A stretch of 64,000 nucleotides of DNA from Candidatus Babeliales bacterium. GTDB lineage: Bacteria > Babelota > Babeliae > Babelales > JANWKD01. The notes under the pieces are model-generated. The model searched no databases. It saw only the letters and a program-made list of their open reading frames with translations, and was not told the DNA's origin. Position numbers and translations under genes: made by a program. This document shows, piece by piece, positions 19,633 through 29,402 of this stretch. How positions within the stretch are numbered: position 1 is the stretch's first letter; every line of letters begins with the position of its first letter. The DNA lies in the NCBI GenBank assembly GCA_963722075.1, contig CAVRJM010000001.1, forward strand, positions 1,088,001 through 1,152,000. Reading direction: 5' to 3'.

Positions 19633-20151
19633 ATGAATATATTATATAAGAGTATGGTGTTTATTTTGTTAATTGCTGCATCTATTTTTTCAATTAATGC
19701 AGGTGGCGGTCAAATTCCAGAATATGCTTATATTTACAATCTTACGGTCCAATCTGTTAAGCCTAATTCAGCTGCCACTTTTGATTCTCACGGCCAAATA
19801 ACTCCAGGTATCAAGCATACTATCGGCTCTTCTGATATTATTTTTGATGAGGAAGGAACATATTTAATTATGTTCTATGTTATGTGCGATAGTACTAATT
19901 CTTTTGGGCTTTTTTTAAATGGGATACCTGTTAATGGTGGAATTTATGGTGGTGACAAAGGTCTTAGATTGAGTAATACAGGACAAGTTATAATTAATGT
20001 AAAAGCAGGTTCAGTATTGACCATGAGAAGCTATAACCCTGATATTAAAGCGGAAAACCGACGATTAGTTAGGCTTATAGTTGGATCTGGTAAAGATGGT
20101 AATAAAGAAGGAGTTGTAAGTGCTTCGATTGTTATTTTAAAAGTAGATTGA
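19633..20151 (+). CDS. Secreted BclA C-terminal/BxpB-like beta-sandwich protein
   Basis: Signal peptide; YIYNL..F...PGI.H..GS...G.Y.I.F.V...F.LFLNG.PV.G.IYG pattern recalled from collagen-like protein C-domains. Confidence 0.55.
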   Translation: MNILYKSMVFILLIAASIFSINAGGGQIPEYAYIYNLTVQSVKPNSAATFDSHGQITPGIKHTIGSSDIIFDEEGTYLIMFYVMCDSTNSFGLFLNGIPVNGGIYGGDKGLRLSNTGQVIINVKAGSVLTMRSYNPDIKAENRRLVRLIVGSGKDGNKEGVVSASIVILKVD

Positions 20152-20452
20152 GAATCATTATAATCATTCTATTGTTCAAGGAAGTTTTTCTACATATTCT
20201 ACCCCTAACAAACATTATATTTGCCATATATTCCATTTAGGAGCAAATACACTAAATATAGTGATTTAAAAAAATGTAACCTTGTCAAAAAATATTATCT
20301 ATAATGGTTTTTTACAATTAACTTGAAATAAATTTTTGAACACTTAAGGTAAAAAGCTACTAACCAAAAGCATTGCGTACAATGCTCTATTTGTTATATA
20401 GTTAAAATAAGCATCAATGCTACGAATCTATTCAAAAATAGGAGGTTGAGTA

Positions 20453-20848
20453 ATGGTTAATTTTAAAAAGAATCTATTAAGCTTATTATTTACATTGGCA
20501 CTTACTATTATTGCAGAAATGAGTGCAACGGTGATCATTTTTACATCACTTCATGATTTTCATAGAAATTCTGGCCCGATTATTTATCATAAAGAACCTG
20601 TGCAAGCGCCTGAACCAGTAGCTCAACCTGCATTCGGAGGTGGCACTTTCGTAGGTACTAGAGGAAAATCATCATTACATCTCTACTTTTCCTTCGCTCA
20701 AGATGGCGCACTTCTTATTCTAAAAACGTTGTATCCTGAATCATTTGAAGATGAAAATAAGATGGCAATTGAAACAGAAGATAAATTAATAATTGATGGA
20801 TTAGAATATCCGCCTGCGCCTTATTTCAGCAGAAAAATTTGGGAATGA
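20453..20848 (+). CDS. Hypothetical secreted protein
   Basis: AGGAGG RBS and hydrophobic N-terminus. Confidence 0.55.
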   Translation: MVNFKKNLLSLLFTLALTIIAEMSATVIIFTSLHDFHRNSGPIIYHKEPVQAPEPVAQPAFGGGTFVGTRGKSSLHLYFSFAQDGALLILKTLYPESFEDENKMAIETEDKLIIDGLEYPPAPYFSRKIWE

Positions 20849-21240
20849 TAAATTTTAACACTATTCAAACTGATGTTTTATTGAATCACAATCTACCGTA
20901 GCTTCTTTTTTTAAGCTCGTTTTAATACTTTCTACTAATTCTTTATTTGCAAGATCATGTAACCGTAATTCTTGTTCTGGAATTTCATTAATTAATTTTT
21001 TTGATTTTTTTATATGCAGCTGATTGGATTTTTTTGAATGAATCAATGCCAGGATCGTTTTGGGTAACAGGAGCATGCGTACCTATCAGCCGATGGTTAT
21101 TAATGATAGTTGTATTGAAGAAAAATATAACTATATAAAAACAACACAAAATAAAACACACAATGAATAAAAAGATTAAAACAAAATGCTTACCTGACTA
21201 CAGCCTGCAAGCCAAAGCCAGGTAGCACATATTGTCAATT

Positions 21241-21732
21241 TTAGTTTATCGAACCGCAGCTAAAACTCGGAACTGAAAACTGATGCAAAACACAATCATC
21301 TTCATCAAGACTTGAAAAAGAAATTTTCAAAGACTGATCATGATTATTCAGGACTTTAATGCTCTGAGCTTCAAGCTCATCAACAACAAGCTCAATAGGA
21401 GAAACTTGTTCTAACTTCACCGTTTCTGTTGTATCACTTAATGGTACGGTAACAGATTCCATTACATTGGAGTTAGGTATCAATTTTATTGATTCCTGCA
21501 AAACAACATCTTGTTTTATATCTGGCTTAACTATTACACTACTGCCAAAAAAGCGTTTAAAATAATGATATGGACCGGTTAAGATGATAGCCACAATAGA
21601 AACAAAAGAATAACGATTTTCAGAAATTGATTCTTTTATTTCTATTTCTACAGCATTTACTTGATTTACCACCGCAGTAAACATGCATATGGCCAATAAA
21701 AAAGTAGATATATATGTTCGTATAATTGTCAT
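21241..21732 (-). CDS. Hypothetical secreted/membrane protein
   Basis: GGAGG RBS and signal peptide. Confidence 0.6.
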   Translation of the reverse strand: MTIIRTYISTFLLAICMFTAVVNQVNAVEIEIKESISENRYSFVSIVAIILTGPYHYFKRFFGSSVIVKPDIKQDVVLQESIKLIPNSNVMESVTVPLSDTTETVKLEQVSPIELVVDELEAQSIKVLNNHDQSLKISFSSLDEDDCVLHQFSVPSFSCGSIN

Positions 21733-21755
21733 ATGATTCCTCCATTATGAGCTCA

Positions 21756-21803
21756 ATAAATTGATTGACCATTAGGAAACAACTTAGTGGTCAATCAATT
21801 TAT
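21756..21803. terminator. Long hairpin, probable intrinsic terminator
   Basis: ATAAATTGATTGACCA ... TGGTCAATCAATTTAT forms a perfect 16-bp stem just downstream of the minus-strand gene ending at 21822. Confidence 0.6.
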
Positions 21804-21821
21804 CTTTAATTCAGAAGAAGA

Positions 21822-22214
21822 TTAACCTAGTTTAGCGCCATACTGCATTAAGCAAGCCGCAGCATTAACTAAATTAAATGATAAAGCCCACGCAAGAGGA
21901 GTTTTACCTTCTCTCAATTTATTAACATTTGCACCAGCAGCAATAGCTTGCGATATTTCTTCAGCAGAGTTTTTGAAAATGCCCACAAACAAACTATCTT
22001 GTAACGCATCAAGTGTTTTAATTTGTATTATAATACCTGCCTTAGCAAGAGCTGGAATATCCAAACCTAAAGAAAGATCGGTAGCAGTTACACCAAGCTT
22101 CATCTTTTCTTTAGAATTATTAAGCACATCAATTGTTCGCAACGAATCATTTGCTTGTGATGCTACGAATGAAAAACTAAGCATGCTGATAAAAAAAATA
22201 CGGCTATTGAACAT
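21822..22214 (-). CDS. Short secreted ankyrin protein (paralog of the N-terminus of 22319..23191)
   Basis: IDVLNN, GANVNK and GKTPL motifs. Confidence 0.75.
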   Translation of the reverse strand: MFNSRIFFISMLSFSFVASQANDSLRTIDVLNNSKEKMKLGVTATDLSLGLDIPALAKAGIIIQIKTLDALQDSLFVGIFKNSAEEISQAIAAGANVNKLREGKTPLAWALSFNLVNAAACLMQYGAKLG

Positions 22215-22318
22215 AAAATGTTCCCTCACATTAAAGATTAAAAAAACAACCACTTATAAAAATAAGAATACCCAAATAGAAGATACCAATCAGAGATGTG
22301 CGCTTTACGCGATAAAAA

Positions 22319-23191
22319 CTATAGGCTTGCTCCATGTTCAAGCAATAACTCCATTATTTCTTGTCTTATATTATTAGAACTTTTTCTTTCTATTACATAT
22401 GAAAGTAATGTACAAGCGGGAGACATTCTAGTAGGCTTTATTTTTTTATTTATATCCGCTCCAGCTTCTATTAAAATTTTAACAATTTTTTTAGTCGGAT
22501 AATTCACTGCCATCGACAATGGAGTATAAAGTTGATTTAATCTAGTATCTTCATGATTTGGATTTGCACCACGAAACATTAGAAATCTAACAGCTTCCTC
22601 TCCCTCAGATGGTCTATGATAAGAGAAAATAATAGCTGCCTGCCAAAGCTCATTAATATTATACCCGCGGCCTACTAACTCTTTAATTAATTCAAGGGCA
22701 CAATTCGGATCCTTTGAACAAGATTGACAAATAACACCTTCAACTTTTTGTATATCAAAATTAACTTGCCCTTGTTTTACAAGTAACAATAGTAACTTTA
22801 TATCCTGCATTTTTATTACTTGTTGCACACAGGTATCGTCAGCCATTGCCCCTAATCGAATTAACTCAGCAGCAGCATTATAACGATTGAGCAAAATCGA
22901 CCATAAAAGTGATGATTTGTTATCTTTTCCTTTATTAACATCAGCACCAGCCTGTACAACACTTCTAATTTCAACCGCTGAATCATTTAATATTGCCTTA
23001 TGAAGCGCACCCTGTAAGTCGTTAAGCTTTTTGATCAGTATATTTGCAGAGCTATATTTTGGAATGGCAACATCAAGTTGTAAAGACCGGTTCGTATTGT
23101 TCAAGACATCAATCACTTGGTCTGCACCAGCAGTAATTACATTGCATGACATAACCAGAACAATCATTGCAAGAATAGATTTTATAGACAT
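22319..23191 (-). CDS. Secreted ankyrin repeat protein
   Basis: Signal peptide; GADVNK, GANPN, TPLSMAV, GADIN and LLLEHGA repeats. Confidence 0.85.
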   Translation of the reverse strand: MSIKSILAMIVLVMSCNVITAGADQVIDVLNNTNRSLQLDVAIPKYSSANILIKKLNDLQGALHKAILNDSAVEIRSVVQAGADVNKGKDNKSSLLWSILLNRYNAAAELIRLGAMADDTCVQQVIKMQDIKLLLLLVKQGQVNFDIQKVEGVICQSCSKDPNCALELIKELVGRGYNINELWQAAIIFSYHRPSEGEEAVRFLMFRGANPNHEDTRLNQLYTPLSMAVNYPTKKIVKILIEAGADINKKIKPTRMSPACTLLSYVIERKSSNNIRQEIMELLLEHGASL

Positions 23192-23453
23192 GAGTCCCCC
23201 ATAAACATTAAACAAACATCCATTAATAATCAGATTACACAATTTGAAACCAGTGTCAAAAAAAGAATGTGCTTATTTAAAGCAACTATTGATAACTTAA
23301 TTACAATGTGAAAAGCAATAAGAAGTTTTATTGCAAACAGACTTTTTTTGATGGAGCTGTTGAGGTGATTCTTAAAAATGAGTTTTATACCGTGTTTTTT
23401 ACTGGAAGGGTAGAAAGTACGAAAACGCTCAGCATGAAGCCATAATTAGTAAA

Positions 23454-23762
23454 GAGCTTTACGGTAAATGGGAGTTCCCTGGTGGAAAAATGGAGCCAGG
23501 AGAAACCGAACAAGACTGTTTAAAAAGAGAGCTATTGGAAGAGTTTGGTATTGAAGTTGAAATTGGCGAATATGTATGTTCAAGTTTTTTTGTATATAAC
23601 GGTACACCAATGGAAATGTTGGCTTATTATGTCACTTCGATTTCTAATGATTTCATTCTTTACGAGCACCAACAAATTAAATGGGTTGAAAAAAGAGATT
23701 TGCTTTTATTTGATTTTCCAGAACCGGATATGCCTATAATTAAAAAGTTATTAGATAATTAA
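23454..23762 (+). pseudogene. 5'-truncated near-identical duplicate of NUDIX gene 19100..19516
   Basis: Nucleotide match begins abruptly at GAGCTTTACGGTAAATGGGAG; about the first 28 codons are missing. Confidence 0.85.
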
Positions 23763-23890
23763 AATTTTATACTAACGTTAAAGCGAATTTTACCATCAAA
23801 ACTCACTAATTTCAGTCCGTGACAAAATGTCACAACCTCAATTCCTTCAGCAATCAATCGCTATTTGAGTTTTCTCAAGAAAAGGGTATC

Positions 23891-23934
23891 AAGATTCTCA
23901 TGGTACTAACATCCTACGACCAACTAGGCAACAC
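23891..23934 (+). pseudogene. Relic of the 5' end of a DJ-1/PfpI gene
   Basis: KILMVLTSYDQLGNT matches KILMVLTSHDQLGNT at 16874; the start codon reads ATC. Confidence 0.7.
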
Positions 23935-23937
23935 TTT

Positions 23938-24501
23938 TTATAACCAAAAACTACCAAAATATTTTGCAAATAATTCTATACCTTCTTGCAGCTTTTGGCG
24001 ATGCTCTTCAAACTTTTTACTAAAAATTTCAAGGCTAGGCCGCATAAGCTCTGAGTATCGATTCCATTCCAAAGATTCTAATGCAGCAGGTCCTTTGATA
24101 TTTTTAAATCTCTCTTTATCTTCTTGTTTTAATTTTTTTAACTCTTTTTTATGTACCCTGCCAAGCTTACTGCATTCTTTATAGTACTCTTTTTCTGATG
24201 GCCCATCCCAACCACGATTCTTAGCTATCCATTCAAAAGAATAGACCATTTTATCCAAACACTGTAGCCATTCATCAAACCTATCGAGATTATCTGGACC
24301 TTCTGGTTTTGTTGGATCCGGGGCAAAATCCATAGGATATCCTTGATATCCTTTATGTTTATCATATCTTTTACGATATTTTTTTAAAAAAGGATAAATG
24401 ACACGAGCTAAGGTAACATCACCGTTCCATAAATCATCGTACGTTACGGATACCTTTACTTTATCTTTAGTTTTATCTTTATAAGTGATTGATACTTTCA
24501 T
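23938..24501 (-). CDS. Phage-like hypothetical protein
   Basis: DLWNGDVTLARVIYPFL..GYP..W..LDKMVYSFE..QEGIELFAKYFGSFW resembles a phage hypothetical family (recalled, unverified). Confidence 0.55.
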   Translation of the reverse strand: MKVSITYKDKTKDKVKVSVTYDDLWNGDVTLARVIYPFLKKYRKRYDKHKGYQGYPMDFAPDPTKPEGPDNLDRFDEWLQCLDKMVYSFEWIAKNRGWDGPSEKEYYKECSKLGRVHKKELKKLKQEDKERFKNIKGPAALESLEWNRYSELMRPSLEIFSKKFEEHRQKLQEGIELFAKYFGSFWL

Positions 24502-24671
24502 GCTATTTCCAACGAAAACATTTACCAAAATAATATAAACATAATGCAATAATTGAACTTGAAGTAGTATTTCTTGAGAGACTCGAACTCCCATAGCCAA
24601 TACAGGCATTTTACCCAATTTTCTTCCGAAGAAAAAAATTACATCTTATGATGTGTTAAATCAAAGAAATA

Positions 24672-24932
24672 CTACAAATTATTGTCAATTGATGAAAAAT
24701 ATCGACGCAAAAATATCCTGCCTGCATTTGATTTTAAGTATCATTCAAATTTTAAAGCTTTAGCTTCTTGATCAAATCCCAGAAATCCTATCAAAACCCA
24801 TGGTTTAAAATCTTTCGTGTACACTGATTTCCCCGCGTTATGGTCTAATAATCTTTGCTTCAAATTAGAAGTAAAACCTATGTAAGTTTTATCGGGAAAA
24901 GATCGGGATTTAAGATAATAAACGTAAAACAT
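24672..24932 (-). pseudogene. Small GIY-YIG nuclease with in-frame TGA
   Basis: MFYVYYL..TYIGFT..RL..HN..T..KPW...FE*YLKSNAGRIFL; homology continues past the TGA at 24741-24743. Confidence 0.85.
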
Positions 24933-25000
24933 ATTTTATATTTAATTGTTGGCCTGTAAAAAGCTGACTTGTCAGAGACATTAAAGAGTAAAGTTTTGAC

Positions 25001-25035
25001 TGGCCTGCCAGGCATTTTTCTTCAGGAAAAATGAC
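25001..25035 (-). repeat. tRNA 3'-trailer hairpin element
   Basis: CCA|GTCATTTTTCCTGAAGAAAAATGCCTGGCAGGCCA. Confidence 0.7.
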
Positions 25036-25113
25036 TGGCGTCCCTAAGGGGATTCGAACCCCTGTTTTCGCCGTGAAAGGGCGGTGTCCTGGACCAGGCT
25101 AGACGATAGGGAC
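25036..25113 (-). tRNA. tRNA-Glu(TTC)
   Basis: GTCCCTATCGTCTAG...CTTTCAC...GGTTCGAATCC...GGGACGCCA; CCA is encoded. Confidence 0.95.
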
Positions 25114-25142
25114 GTAGATTATATCAAAAATCCTTAAAAGAT

Positions 25143-25194
25143 TGGCGGAGCCAGGCGTAGTTTGCCGAGCCGGAAGGCCCGGATAAACGAAGAC
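25143..25194 (-). repeat. tRNA 3'-trailer hairpin element
   Basis: CCA|GTCTTCGTTT...AAACTACGCCTGGCTCCGCCA. Confidence 0.75.
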
Positions 25195-25270
25195 TGGTGA
25201 GCCGCGATGGATTCGAACCATCGACCCACAGCTTAAAAGGCTGTTGCTCTACCAACTGAGCTAGCGGCTC
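25195..25270 (-). tRNA. tRNA-Lys(TTT)
   Basis: GAGCCGCTAGCTCAGTTGGTAGAGC...CTTTTAA...GGTTCGAATCC...CGGCTCACCA. Confidence 0.95.
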
Positions 25271-25315
25271 GCTTATCATTAATGCAAATAAGAATAATTC
25301 TTAATGATGCTCTTA

Positions 25316-25344
25316 ATGTTAATGATTTGCCTTATTTTTGTCAA
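25316..25344 (-). promoter_or_regulatory. Sigma70 promoter of the tRNA-Lys/Glu operon
   Basis: TTGACA-17 bp-TAACAT on the minus strand. Confidence 0.6.
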
Positions 25345-25488
25345 GAAAATAAAGTCACAAACAGCATTTTTCCTATTAAATAGTATTATTTTATCTGATC
25401 TCATTAATAATACCTTACTATAATAGCCAAGGAACCATTACGTGAAAAAAATTAATTATGGTTAGCGGTATAAAAAAATGAAATTACC

Positions 25489-26736
25489 ATGAAAATAGAA
25501 TCTATAAAAGATCCCCGAATCATTCATGCACGTAAACTATCTTCTGCAGCAGGCCGTTCAGAAACCAAAGAATTTTTATTGCAGGGTAAGGAACAAATAG
25601 AATGGGCTTTGAGAGCAAATGTGCCTATTACCATGGTTTTTATTCATGATAAAATCGATGACAATCAGTTACAACAAAAATTTGAATATAAAAAAATTCC
25701 TTATTTTTTCGTTTCTGAAGTAATATTGAAAAAAATAACTGACACAAACTATTTGGTTCCGCTCGTAGGAGTAGCTAAAAACCCTATCGTATCTACTCAT
25801 AATGAAGATTTTGTTATTGTACTTGATAACCTTGTTGATCATGGAAATATAGGGACGATTATCCGTTCTGGACTTGCTTTTGGCATTCATTCTTTTATAA
25901 GCACAAGTATAACTGCTGATTTTTTTTATAAAAAAATTATCGATGCATCACGTGGCAATATTTTTACTTCATCTATAAAAAAATTCGTTTCTGAACAAGA
26001 AACTATCAACTATTTAAAAAGCAACGGATATCAAATAGTTGCAACAAGTCCTCATGGAAATCAAATTCAATCTCTCCTACAACTTCATCAAAAACCAGTC
26101 GCGCTCATTGTGGGTAATGAAACAGAAGGATGCTCATCATTATTTCTTGAACAAGCTGATTTCGTTACTCAAATTCCTATGAGCTCTGAAGTTGAATCCT
26201 TAAATGTAGCCATCGCTGCTGGCATTAGTATCTATGAACTTAAAATAAAATCGGTAATAGCAATGCTTATTCAAAAAATTTATAAAAATATAGGACGACA
26301 AATTGGCGTTACAGGACAATTAATTCGAACAGCATTTGATAAAGAGTTACAAGCCGTAACTGATTTTTCTGCTCTACAAGTTATCCTTTTAATGATACTA
26401 AAATGCGATCAAGTTATGACGCTCGAACAAGTCTCAAGGGATGTAGGCGAGTTTGGAGCAGAACTTATAGCCTTTTTGCAGCCATTACAAAAAAAAGGAT
26501 ATATCAGCAATGCAGTGTCACAAGAAAAACCTGCAATAATATTAACGGATGCGGGACAAGAATATTTATCAAAACTGTGGCCGATTGTTGATAAAATTGA
26601 ACAAAAAATTTTAAATAATTTTTCTGAAAACGAAAGGATTCAATTTTTTGAATATATCTCCAGAATCCAAAATAATTGTCAGCAAATTATTAAAGATCAT
26701 TCATCAAATTCGATTGTTAAAGATATAAAAAAATAG
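25489..26736 (+). CDS. TrmH/SpoU RNA methyltransferase fused to a C-terminal MarR-like domain
   Basis: GNIGTIIRS, VGNETEG and ESLNVAIAAG motifs; the C-terminus has the MarR pattern (Q..LL..L, MT..Q.S, GYI, LTDAG, NNFSENE). Confidence 0.85.
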   Translation: MKIESIKDPRIIHARKLSSAAGRSETKEFLLQGKEQIEWALRANVPITMVFIHDKIDDNQLQQKFEYKKIPYFFVSEVILKKITDTNYLVPLVGVAKNPIVSTHNEDFVIVLDNLVDHGNIGTIIRSGLAFGIHSFISTSITADFFYKKIIDASRGNIFTSSIKKFVSEQETINYLKSNGYQIVATSPHGNQIQSLLQLHQKPVALIVGNETEGCSSLFLEQADFVTQIPMSSEVESLNVAIAAGISIYELKIKSVIAMLIQKIYKNIGRQIGVTGQLIRTAFDKELQAVTDFSALQVILLMILKCDQVMTLEQVSRDVGEFGAELIAFLQPLQKKGYISNAVSQEKPAIILTDAGQEYLSKLWPIVDKIEQKILNNFSENERIQFFEYISRIQNNCQQIIKDHSSNSIVKDIKK

Positions 26737-26829
26737 GGTGTTTTTATGAATCTAACTCTATATGCTTATACATCAAGAATAAAATTAATTATTATTACAC
26801 AATAGTTGTTATCAAATAAGGAGAGATAT

Positions 26830-27174
26830 ATGTTAGCTTTATTTTTACCCTTCACCATAAGTTTATTATTTACTTTCAACCTATTTAGCATGCAAAAAGA
26901 AACTTTTCTGGAGAAAATTAATGAATACAATACCACTTTAATTAATATGGATTTAACCGTTATTCCAACACTAGAATCTAAGATACAAGCAGTAGCAAAT
27001 CTAACAAAGTTAGAAAATATTAATAAGCAATTAAAAGCTATGCTCCCACAACGCCGATTGAATAATGAAGAAACTCATCAAATGAGCGAATTAATAACCA
27101 CACTGGCTTCACATAACAAAACAATACGTGACAATATTGAAGCATGTACCTTCAACTCGTCACAAAACAATTGA
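26830..27174 (+). CDS. Hypothetical secreted protein
   Basis: AAGGAG RBS; signal peptide followed by MQK. Confidence 0.6.
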   Translation: MLALFLPFTISLLFTFNLFSMQKETFLEKINEYNTTLINMDLTVIPTLESKIQAVANLTKLENINKQLKAMLPQRRLNNEETHQMSELITTLASHNKTIRDNIEACTFNSSQNN

Positions 27175-27189
27175 ACAGAATTTCTAAAA

Positions 27190-28344
27190 CTACAGCACTA
27201 TCGGCGTTTTTTTAGTTCTCATTTTGGCAAGCAATGATTTATCAATCCCTAAATGGGCATGCACCAATTCAGGCGGGGTAAGTGCCAACCATTGGGCTAA
27301 CGAAACATCAGCAAAGCGATCACTTCTAAATATCTCTAAAAAGCGGAGCGTCTCGTTGCCGATATTTTCAATATAATGGCCCATGGCAAAAGGAACTACG
27401 CCAACATCACCCGCTTGATAATTAAAGGTTCGTGCCATACCAACCGCTGCAAATACCGTCATACGCGCCTTACCGGTAATATAAAATTGCCATTCATCAG
27501 CATTAGGATGCCAATGCAATTCACGTAATCCCCCCGGTTCTATTTCAACCAATGCCGCTGCTATTGTTTTGGAGGCAGGAAATATGGTGGAATCAACAAT
27601 GCGCACCTGACCACCCGGCATACGAATTGGTTCTTGAGCACTTAAGCGATAACTAAATTTTTCGGGAACCGGTCCATTTCCTTTGATATAATCTGCCGTA
27701 AGCGGACCAGGAACTTTTGATTGAAAAATGTAGAGTTCTTTTTTTGGTAATGTGTTTAATACTGAAATAGGAAAATTAAAGTTTTTAGCTATTACTTCTT
27801 TGGGCGTATGCAATAACCAGTCAGATAATAAAAATGTTTCTTCTTCAGAAAAGCTACCGTCATCAAATACTAATAAAAATTCACACCCATCTGGATTAAG
27901 GCCTTGTATAGAATGCGGTATTCCTTTGGGAAAAAACCATAAGTCACCTTCTTGCATATCATCTTGAAAGGTACATCCATTTTGATCAACGGCAGTAATA
28001 CGCGCAAATCCTTTGAGCATGTATGCCCATTCAGCTGCTTTATGCCAATGCAATTCTCGGATTGCACCAGCTTTTAAGCGCATATTGACGCCAGCAATAG
28101 TGGGGGAGCTTGGTAAATCTACCACGGTTACTTCGCGTGACCAGCCGCCTTCTTCTAAGCGCATATGGCTATCAGAAAATGACCATTTAAGATTTGGTAT
28201 TTTACCGCGATCAGTGCGCGGTGGCACTAAAATATCAGGATTTTCTAATTCTCTAGATGGATTGGTGGGGCCAAGAATTGAGGCACCGTATACGCCATCG
28301 ATGGGTTCTAATTGATTACCTTTTTTACCATTTTTCTCATTCAT
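27190..28344 (-). CDS. oxdC: Oxalate decarboxylase family bicupin
   Basis: Two RELHWH...EW cupin motifs, [17 protein letters not shown] and GHYIEN. Confidence 0.88.
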   Translation of the reverse strand: MNEKNGKKGNQLEPIDGVYGASILGPTNPSRELENPDILVPPRTDRGKIPNLKWSFSDSHMRLEEGGWSREVTVVDLPSSPTIAGVNMRLKAGAIRELHWHKAAEWAYMLKGFARITAVDQNGCTFQDDMQEGDLWFFPKGIPHSIQGLNPDGCEFLLVFDDGSFSEEETFLLSDWLLHTPKEVIAKNFNFPISVLNTLPKKELYIFQSKVPGPLTADYIKGNGPVPEKFSYRLSAQEPIRMPGGQVRIVDSTIFPASKTIAAALVEIEPGGLRELHWHPNADEWQFYITGKARMTVFAAVGMARTFNYQAGDVGVVPFAMGHYIENIGNETLRFLEIFRSDRFADVSLAQWLALTPPELVHAHLGIDKSLLAKMRTKKTPIVL

Positions 28345-28436
28345 ACTACCGCCTCTTCAATACTATTACTATGCGGCGTTAAGTATAAAATAATGAAAAT
28401 GAGCTAAACAATGATTTAAGGAACTAATTTAATTAA

Positions 28437-28465
28437 TGGATCCCCACGCGCAGCTCGGGATGACA
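28437..28465. repeat. Palindromic repeat unit
   Basis: TGGATCCCCACGCGCAGCTCGGGATGACA, a near-identical inverted copy of 57796..57823. Confidence 0.85.
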
Positions 28466-28514
28466 TTTCTGCAGTTATCATTATCGCATGAAGAATGACA
28501 GGTTTTGCCAAAGT

Positions 28515-29333
28515 TTAATTTTGAAATGATGCTTCACCAGTAATTGTATCATTCTTCTTCGATTTACGTCGTTCTTTATTCAAAAGCACCCGATTATAAA
28601 TAGCATCATCTTCAATGCGCTCTAAATTCATAAGCACTTTAAAGGTCTCCCAACTGGTGCGAACAATGGGCGGTGGATTATGCCGGTGCTGCCAAACGTA
28701 TAATCGTGTTTTAGGATCAGCAGGGCTACCACTGCCAAAATCTCCATATTTTCTTTTGTATTTTCTATACTGCGCATCGGAAGCAACCTTGGCAAGTATA
28801 GAAGCGGCGCCTACTATCGTATGATTTTCGTCAGCGTAATGTTCAGGAATTAAATTAAGCGCTTTTATTTTCTTTTTATTAAAGACAAAGCCTTTTTGTG
28901 CCAAGAGTTCTTTATGTGATGCATCAGTCAGCACAATTAAGCGTTCTCTAAATCGCTTTTCCGATACTTCCCAATTATCAATATAGATGTTATTAAACGT
29001 ATGCTTACGTTGTAATTTTTTAATAAGTTGTAAAACGGTTAACATTTCCCAATCATTTAACCCCAATGATTTATCATCAATCATTTGTGGTGTTAACTCA
29101 ATAAGGGCAAATCCATGCGCCGTTTCTTTAATTATTTTTGCAAGTTTCTCTCGCTTTTTTGCTGCAATCAACTTGCTATCTTTGACACCTATTTTTTTCC
29201 ATTCTTCTATAGTTGATTGATTGGCAACTACACCTGCAATAAAGATACTCCCAATACAGGGGCACTTAGTGGTATCATCAATACCAAGTATATTTTCGGT
29301 ATTTAAGGGAATTTCGTTAATTAAATCGGACAT
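28515..29333 (-). CDS. rnhB: Ribonuclease HII-like protein (divergent, archaeal-type C-terminus)
   Basis: GID, GVKDSK, IYID, AASILAKV and GSGSPADPKT motifs. Confidence 0.75.
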   Translation of the reverse strand: MSDLINEIPLNTENILGIDDTTKCPCIGSIFIAGVVANQSTIEEWKKIGVKDSKLIAAKKREKLAKIIKETAHGFALIELTPQMIDDKSLGLNDWEMLTVLQLIKKLQRKHTFNNIYIDNWEVSEKRFRERLIVLTDASHKELLAQKGFVFNKKKIKALNLIPEHYADENHTIVGAASILAKVASDAQYRKYKRKYGDFGSGSPADPKTRLYVWQHRHNPPPIVRTSWETFKVLMNLERIEDDAIYNRVLLNKERRKSKKNDTITGEASFQN

Positions 29334-29402
29334 GTAACCTCCAAAAAGTATATATAGTTAAGATATAAGTATCTCAACTATTGTCAAATGGTAATACCTT
29401 CG

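Noticed and set aside
20861..21076. 71-aa ORF
   Set aside because: It has no RBS or recognisable motif; it may be a gene relic but cannot be supported.
24741..24743. Genome-wide TGA recoding (code 4/25) suggested by the in-frame TGA
   Set aside because: TGA is a normal stop in other genes here (GT2, PRTase, Fpg, rng, USP1), and Trp is encoded by TGG.
23938..25036. Prophage at tRNA-Glu
   Set aside because: There is only one phage-like gene, with no integrase, structural genes or long att duplication in the window.
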